A DNA stretch of 64,000 bases. Origin: Macrostomum lignano (taxonomy: Eukaryota). The notes below the pieces were generated by a model. The model saw only the letters and a list, made by a program, of their open reading frames with translations. It was not told the DNA's origin and did no database searches. Within the stretch, counting starts at the first letter, position 1, and each line of letters begins with the position of its first letter. Below, piece after piece: positions 57,633-64,000 of the stretch. The DNA is taken from contig NIVC01003067.1 of assembly GCA_002269645.1 (NCBI GenBank), positions 9,929-73,928 of the forward strand, written 5' to 3'. A program made the position numbers and the translations under genes.

Positions 57633-58350
57633 CAGGGGCGTCGCCATGGATTTTATGGTGGGGGGGTGGGTGGACAAAGCCTAGAATTTTTCATGCACAT
57701 GTACATGACTAAAATTTCTACATGTACATTATTTTCAGAATTGGTGTCCTCAGCGCTCATTTTAGCGCCGCAGGCACTCATTTAACTCACAGTAAGATAA
57801 GTATTCTATATTATACATTTAGTATAGGTGGACTAGCGCACAACCCCCCTTGGGGGTGGGCCTGAATTCATTTATAAGGCAATAATTTTGGCGCCACAGG
57901 CACTCATTTTAGCGCTGCAGGTGGTACCAGTATGTTTTGTCACCCGGAACAACAACAACAACAACAACAACAGAGTACGCTGCCAGATCACAAAAGCAGC
58001 GTCAGATGGCGCGCTTCAAAGCTTGGGCGCGAACAAAAGCCGCACCGCCGGCAGAGTCCGGGGCGCCGGCGTCAGCCAGCAGACAGTCGACGTAGCGCCG
58101 AGTCCTCGCCTGTCCCCGCCGGTAGGGTGCCTGCAACGTAAGTAGCAGCACCTCCTGCACCGGCTCCGGGCAGTAGGCCTCGGCGCGGATGACGTGGCCT
58201 GCCAGCTGGAGTCGCCGACGGCGCAGCAGATCGCTAGGACGGGCCAGGCCGGAAGCAAAATGATTGACTTCCATAATGGGTCACAAGGAGGGGTGGGGGG
58301 ACCAAGCATTAGCCTGTCCCCCCTGCCCCCCCCCGGTGGTGACGCCCCTG
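57633..58350. mobile_element. hAT-type MITE with a nested LINE fragment
   Basis: TIR caggggcgtcgcca / tggtgacgcccctg; flanks tgcctgac and cgcctgac (7/8 TSD match). Confidence 0.78.
57950..58260 (-). mobile_element. RTE/RTE-X-like LINE 3' fragment with (TTG)n tail
   Basis: LLRRRRLQLAGHVIR...VLLLTL...RRGQARTRRYVDCLLAD matches the RTE C-terminal RRLxxxGH...RxxGRP pattern; stop, short UTR, and a microsatellite tail at 57950-57971. Confidence 0.78.
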
Positions 58351-60254
58351 CGCCTGACGATTAGAAAGTCAGGACCGCTGTACACCGCTGTTGCTCAAGG
58401 CGTTACGCCAGGATGCCAAGATGACTTTTGAGTGACGCCACTTGCGACACGCGACGCAGAATTTGGCTGGGTGAGGAGGGATTGGGAAGAGCGGATGGCG
58501 AAGACTGGATGGATTGAAGCTTCCGCCCGGTTTTCATTGTTTCTTTTTTCAAGCATTTTTAATATCGAAATGGTTGGCCAGTTGGTAGATGCTGGTTGAA
58601 AGACACTGCTCACTGGGGCAAAGGGTGGTGAAATTTCAATGTTGCTGAGAATATATACGCATGTTTACAGAAAAAAATTGCACCTTCGACTGCAAATCTA
58701 ATTAAAACGAAAATGAATACATAAACTATGTATACTTATGTAAACTATATAAACCAAATGTTATTAAAGCTCACTTAGAATACGCAGCAAAGTTCACAAG
58801 AACTTTATATAAATGGTTAATGATGGGAAAACTCAACGAGAAGAGAGCGTCACATACAGGGCCTATTTTTGACTAGCTATCTTGTTACAGTCGAGTTCCG
58901 AGGCAGTATACAGCATGCCGCCGCCTTTAATAATAGATTCCCTGTCAACAAGCTCCTACTCAGCAAGCGCGCCATGATTTTAGTAAAGCCCACGAGACAG
59001 TTGCCTTAGCCACTCTGTCTGCTCGATGCCCAATCAATTCAGGGATTAGTTTCTGGGACAAGCCTCAACCCCGCAAGGAATTGAGCTCATAGAGAATTCC
59101 TCTAAGCCAACACCCTGCTGTGGCAAGCGGACACTAAATTTGCTCTCAAATCCTATATACTAAAAATGAAAATCTTGCTTGCTTGCTTGTAATCGATTAC
59201 AGAAAAAATTTTCACTGAAGCTAACATTTGCTATGCTCCAGACAACTTCTCAGAACTTAATTACAATTGAGTCTAGACTTGTTGAATTAGAAATTTCCAA
59301 GAAATCGCTAAAGCAAAATCTCAAAAACAGAAGTTCGTCATGTCAAAGCGATGCTAAATTTAAAATAATCGGGATTCGACCGCATAAAAATGGCTAAAAT
59401 TGGCAAAGCTTGCAATGCTGTTATGCTGTTATGCGTACAAAAATCAAAAGTACACCCACGCTGCGAGGAATGACGCAGAACCTGACACTGTCTTTTTGTC
59501 TGAAAATGATTTTTCCTTGCTGCCAACCTCGTCTCGGATCTCCGGCAGGAAGCGTCTCCCTTCCTAGTAGCGGATTTAGCCCAGGACTTTATAAGCTATC
59601 TGTATCAATGATTCCGCATAGATTTCTGAGAGGTTATCAAATTCGATTTAGTCAACGTAACGCCTTTGGCGGCTACATCGTCACGTGATTAGCATGACAG
59701 CTTCAGGCGGAATTTCAACTCGAACACAGAGGGCATTTTTCTCCAAGCAGTGTTCTACAAATAAAAGTGCATTGAGAATAAATTACTGCGATATTAGATA
59801 TAGTTAAAATAGGGCCTATAGGGTCACCTGGGTATGAGAGAACACGGTTGGCCTAGCAACTATTCTGGCGGAACAGATTACAAGTAAATCATGTATTGAT
59901 TTTTGGGGTTATTCCTGACGACTCTCCCATAGCAGCCTTGGGGATTTACATTCACTCGCCGGACAAAATCAAGCACTCAGAAATGTGTTAGGTACGGGTA
60001 ACGATTTATTTAATCAGTGCAGAAAAATGCACACAGCTTTTAGGCTAAGAGGCATTCTTTTCTGTTGCTACAGAAAAGCCTTTGGGTAACAGCTGTGAAT
60101 CTAAGCCGGCGGATATTTCACACTTTCCAACTGCGAGCTCAGAGCGGTGGCGACTGCTTACCTGTACGATTTTGAAGACTCGTCACGGTTTCATGTATCC
60201 ATTCTCTCTCTCTCTCTCTGAACCCGATTCGATGGCGCTAGGCTTCCCTTCTCA

Positions 60255-60782
60255 AATAATCAGTCTCTCCGCTCCCCATCAATTCCTGAATCTGCTTCTC
60301 CGCTAGCCATCAATCCCTGAATCTGCCTCTCCGCTCCCCATCAACCCTTGAATCTGCCTCTCCGCTCCCATCAATCCTTGAACCTACCTCTCCGCTCCCA
60401 TCAATCCTTGAACCTACCTCTCCGCTCCCATCAATCCTTGAACCTACCTCTCCGCTCCCCATCAATCCTTGAATCTGCCTCTCCGCTCCTTATCAATCCT
60501 TGAATCTGCCTCTCCGCTCCCATCAATCCTTGCATCTGCCTCTCCGCTCCCATAAATCCTTGAATTTGCCTCTCCGCTCCCCATCAATCCTTGAATCTGC
60601 CTCTCCGCTCCCATCAATCCTTGAATCTGCCTCTCCACTCCCTTGAATCTGCCTCTCCGCTCCCTTGAATCTGCCTCTCCGCTCCCATCAATCCTTGAAT
60701 CTGCCTCTCCACTCCCTTGAATCTGCCTCTCCGCTCCCTTGAATCTGCCTCTCCGCTCCCTTGAACCTGCCTCTCCGCTCCC
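60255..60782. repeat. ~30-bp pyrimidine-rich minisatellite (tcaatccttgaatctgcctctccgctccca)
   Basis: Degenerate tandem copies. Confidence 0.88.
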
Positions 60783-61154
60783 CGTCAAACTTAAATCCAC
60801 CTATACTAAATCTCTAATCTACTGTAATCTACTGTCTTTTTGTGTGCAATGCTAATAAACTAAAGGAAAGCGAGAGGGTTTAAGAGAGAAAGTGGGCCTT
60901 CTAAGATGGCTCATTTTTATAGGAAAAGGGAAAAAATTTACTGCGAAGAAAAAAGTGTCAACTCTCGAATCCCTCTGACTGAAAGTAAATTAAAAACCCG
61001 CTATCTGACTCGCTGATTCCGGTTGATGTCATCTCATGCGGATAATAAATAAATTCTGAAGCTATGTAGAGAATTTTCTATACTAAACAGAACCAGTGAG
61101 TACTTTTAGATACATAAATACAAGGTGCTGCTTTTTGAGTGTTGCATTCGGATT

Positions 61155-61582
61155 GTACCCGAAAACCCGAAAACTCGAATACCTGAATAGCCAAATACCC
61201 GAATACCCGAATACCCGAACACCCGAATACCCGAATACCCGAATACCCGAACACCCGAATACCCGAATACCCGAATACCAGAATACCCGAATACCAGAAT
61301 ACCCGAATACCGAACACCTAAATACCGAATACCCGAATACCCGAATGCCCGAATACCAAATACCCGAATAGCCGAATACCCGAATACCCGAATACCAGAA
61401 TACCCGAATACCCGAACACCTAAATACCCGAATACCCGAATACCCGAATGCCCGAATACCCAAATACCCGAATAGCCGAATACCCGAATACCCGAATACC
61501 CAAATACCAGAATACCCGAATACCAGAATACCCGAACACCCGAATTCCCGAACACCTAAATACCCGAATAGCCGAATACCCT
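61155..61582. repeat. 8-bp minisatellite (cccgaata)
   Basis: About 50 degenerate copies. Confidence 0.92.
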
Positions 61583-62077
61583 TGAATTTTTAGACCCGAA
61601 ATTTTCTGAATCCTGATTTCGCCGAATTTTTCGAAACCCATATTCTCTATTTTCGAAATCTTGACTATAAATAGTAGGGCGTCGGTTACTTAACCTTTAC
61701 TAGGGCGGCTTCCCACAATCTCTAATCAATCAATATTCCCATCAGCTAGCTTGCAGTGGGACAGGTGCAAGCTCCCATATGAAATCCTTTATTTAATAAG
61801 ACTCTCCTTTCGCGCGAGATGCTCTTGACTTGACCAACGGAAGATAGAATAAACAGAAGAGAAACTTCAGCTTCTCCCTCTCTTTGATTTGATTTTTCCT
61901 GCATATTTGTATGCATTTGCCTCACGCAGGGACCATGGACAGCGAAACTAGAATTGTACAGCAACGCTCAAAATGTACAGTTTGCGTTTACTCAACGGGT
62001 GCGGAGAAGATCTGCTTTCTTTGCACAGCGTTGAATGGGGGTTTCGCCATAGACAAAATCTGTATAGAAAAATCTGC

Positions 62078-62290
62078 TCTGGTCGGCAACCTTTTTTACC
62101 TTAAGTGCCAGGTAGACAGAGGAATTAGGAGAGGGGAGGGGAGGCGAGAGAAGGGCGAGAAGGGGAGATAAAAGAGAAGTGATTACGAGCTATTAGAGAA
62201 GAGAGCTAAGAAGAGACTCAAGCCTTGACCGGCCGGATTGTTATTGTGAAGTTTCAAAGGACCCGAGGTGGAATACGAATCTCCCTAGGG
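62078..62290 (+). mobile_element. hAT-Charlie-like MITE with internal purine tract (copy C)
   Basis: ggtcggcaaccttttttacct start, a short GA tract, then gccggattgttattgtgaagtttcaaaggacccga shared with copy A. Confidence 0.65.
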
Positions 62291-63139
62291 TGAGATCTTG
62301 TGAATTTAGACCAAAAAAAAACTTTGGAAACCTACCTCCAGTGAAATTTGCACGAACTGCTATAGTGTAGCACCCTTCTGCCTCAGCTGTCCATGGCATG
62401 GATGTCCTTGGTAGGTTTTACTATTTTCGATCCTTGCCATCGTTCCCAATCCGGCTGAAGCTGGTGCGATGTTTCCCCCTAAGGCGCGAACTTTGAATGA
62501 TGAATTTCGATAAGAAAAACCATCCCCCAGTCTTCCCCAGCAGTTTTGGTTCCTTAAAGTGCAAATAATATTGAATGCCTCTTCCACACACTGGGCAATA
62601 GAGAGAGATGGGGTTACTTTAATTTGGTTCCCAGGATAGTGACGCAGTCAGGCCCAGTCGAGTCATGTGATTTGACCGGGCGGCCTCTGCCCAGCTGCTT
62701 TTGTTCCTTTGACAACTAAGCGCGGAGCAATGCCCGGTGTTACTAGCTCGCATTGTCCCGACCGACTGAGAGCGAATCCCTTTTTCTGTCTTTATATTGT
62801 TGCTTCAAAGGAAATACTATCTTCTGCTTTTTGCCTTTTTTATCTCCTTGACTAGCTGAATCAGAAGGTATGCAAGAATCGTGCAACTAACATCGTACCC
62901 TCGTTCTCAATGCAAAAGTAGTTTTTACCAAGTTGAAGCAGTGAACTTGATAACTCTGATCAAATTCTGAGACAGTCTATGAGAGAAGTTGCTGCTGGCA
63001 TCTTTGATCTTTGTGCTGATGTCTATGGCCGAGTTATCAACTTGTCTATGGGCCAATTCTTGTCTACTGCTGCCAAATGGAAATTCTCAGCTTGGTTGAC
63101 TTTGAAAAAGTGACTTCAGTTTAGTGAAAAAAAAGTGAA

Positions 63140-63420
63140 CACTTATGCTGAACAGCGTACATCATTGCAGGATCGAGAACGGCGAAAGACGACTGGTGAA
63201 AAAGACCTCGATATAAAGAGAACCAAGGGTGACATTGTACACAGATCTATCACTGAGGTTCGCGTTGCTTTGAAGCAACGGGGAGCAGCCGCGAGGACAA
63301 AATTTGCTGTGACTCAATTTGTTAAAGAGAAGTCCACCGTAACGTTAAGGGAGATGAAGGAGAAGCTGGAAGCCGAACTTCTAGGCAATCAGCCATCGCC
63401 TAGGCAATTTTCATCTTTTG
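63140..63420 (+). pseudogene. Possible Tc1/IS630-like transposase N-terminal HTH relic
   Basis: RTSLQDRER...LDIKRT...RGAAARTK...QFVKEKSTVTLREMKEKL resembles the paired-like/winged HTH region of Tc1/IS630 transposases; no DDE domain follows. Confidence 0.35.
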
Positions 63421-63452
63421 ATACCAGGGTATGTCTTGATTTTCTTATCGTT

Positions 63453-63869
63453 CAGGGATCGGCAAACTTTTTTACCTCAAGGGCCAGATAGAGAATCTAG
63501 TGGCATGACTGCAGGCCAGGGGAGGGGAGAGAGGAGAGAGTCAAAGGGAATAGAGAAAATAGGAGAAAGGAGAGGCGAAGGAATAATGGAGAGGAGAGGA
63601 TGAAGAGAGTATTGGAGAGGAGAAGAGGAGAGGAGAGGAGAGGAGAGGAGAGGAGAGGAGAGGAGAGGAGAGGAGAGGAGAGGAGAGGAGAGGAGAGGAG
63701 GAGAGAGGAGAGGAGAGGAGAGGAGAGGAGAGGAGAGGAGAGGAGAGGAGAGGAGAGGAGAGGAGAGGAGGAAGGAGAGGAGAGGAGAGGAGGGAGGAGA
63801 GGAGAGGAGAGGAGAGGAGAGGAGAGGAGAGGAGGGAGAGGAGGAGAGGAGAGGAGAGGAGAGGAGAGG

Positions 63870-63922
<53 letters not shown>

Positions 63923-63942
63923 AGGAGAGGAGAGAGAGAGAG
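63453..63942 (+). mobile_element. hAT-Charlie-like MITE with internal purine tract (copy D, 3' end missing)
   Basis: cagggatcggcaaacttttttacctcaagggccagat start, followed by a (GAGAG/GGAGA)n tract. Confidence 0.65.
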
Positions 63943-64000
63943 CTTGACTTGACCAACGGAAGATAGAATAAACAGAAGAGAAACTTCAGCTTCTCTCTCT
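63943..64000 (+). repeat. Direct repeat of 61824-61881 (57/58 identical), running off the window end
   Basis: cttgacttgaccaacggaagatagaataaacagaagagaaacttcagcttctc occurs at both sites, 2119 bp apart. Confidence 0.92.

Noticed and set aside
61067-61649. Possible hAT element with tagagaat termini around the cccgaata array
   Set aside because: Only 8 bp of inverted match and no TSD (aagctatg vs ttttcgaa).

Overview
Eukaryotic (metazoan, invertebrate-like) genomic DNA that is repeat-rich, with GC-rich exons, GT-AG introns and many micro- and minisatellites. The organism cannot be identified from the sequence alone. Host genes: (i) a 10-exon coiled-coil gene on + (25486-31705) resembling CCDC154/FAM81-type proteins, with one apparent 1-bp frameshift; (ii) a class A neuropeptide GPCR on - (exons 53816-54224 and 49423-50673) of the vasopressin/GnRH/CCAP superfamily, whose splice donor is tandemly quadruplicated; (iii) a single-exon, apparently secreted 146-aa protein on - (38468-38908) built from two homologous 6-Cys modules of no family I recognise, which is the best novelty candidate; (iv) an isolated probable membrane-protein exon on - (3743-4125). 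Mobile DNA: a near-intact Mag-type Ty3/Gypsy element with identical 187-bp LTRs and a 5-bp TSD (32451-36995); a TSD-bounded 6.7-kb Mutator element (14345-21081) encoding a PHD+FLYWCH-like+MULE transposase truncated by a 120-bp tandem array; several hAT-type MITEs with 8-bp TSDs; a MITE family that carries purine-rich tracts; a decayed I/Jockey-group LINE; an RTE-like 3' fragment; a Crypton-like recombinase relic; a tRNA-derived CORE-like SINE; and Gypsy and Tc1-like relics. Most long ORFs in the supplied track are artefacts of simple repeats. All family assignments are by motif recognition, and no database search was run.
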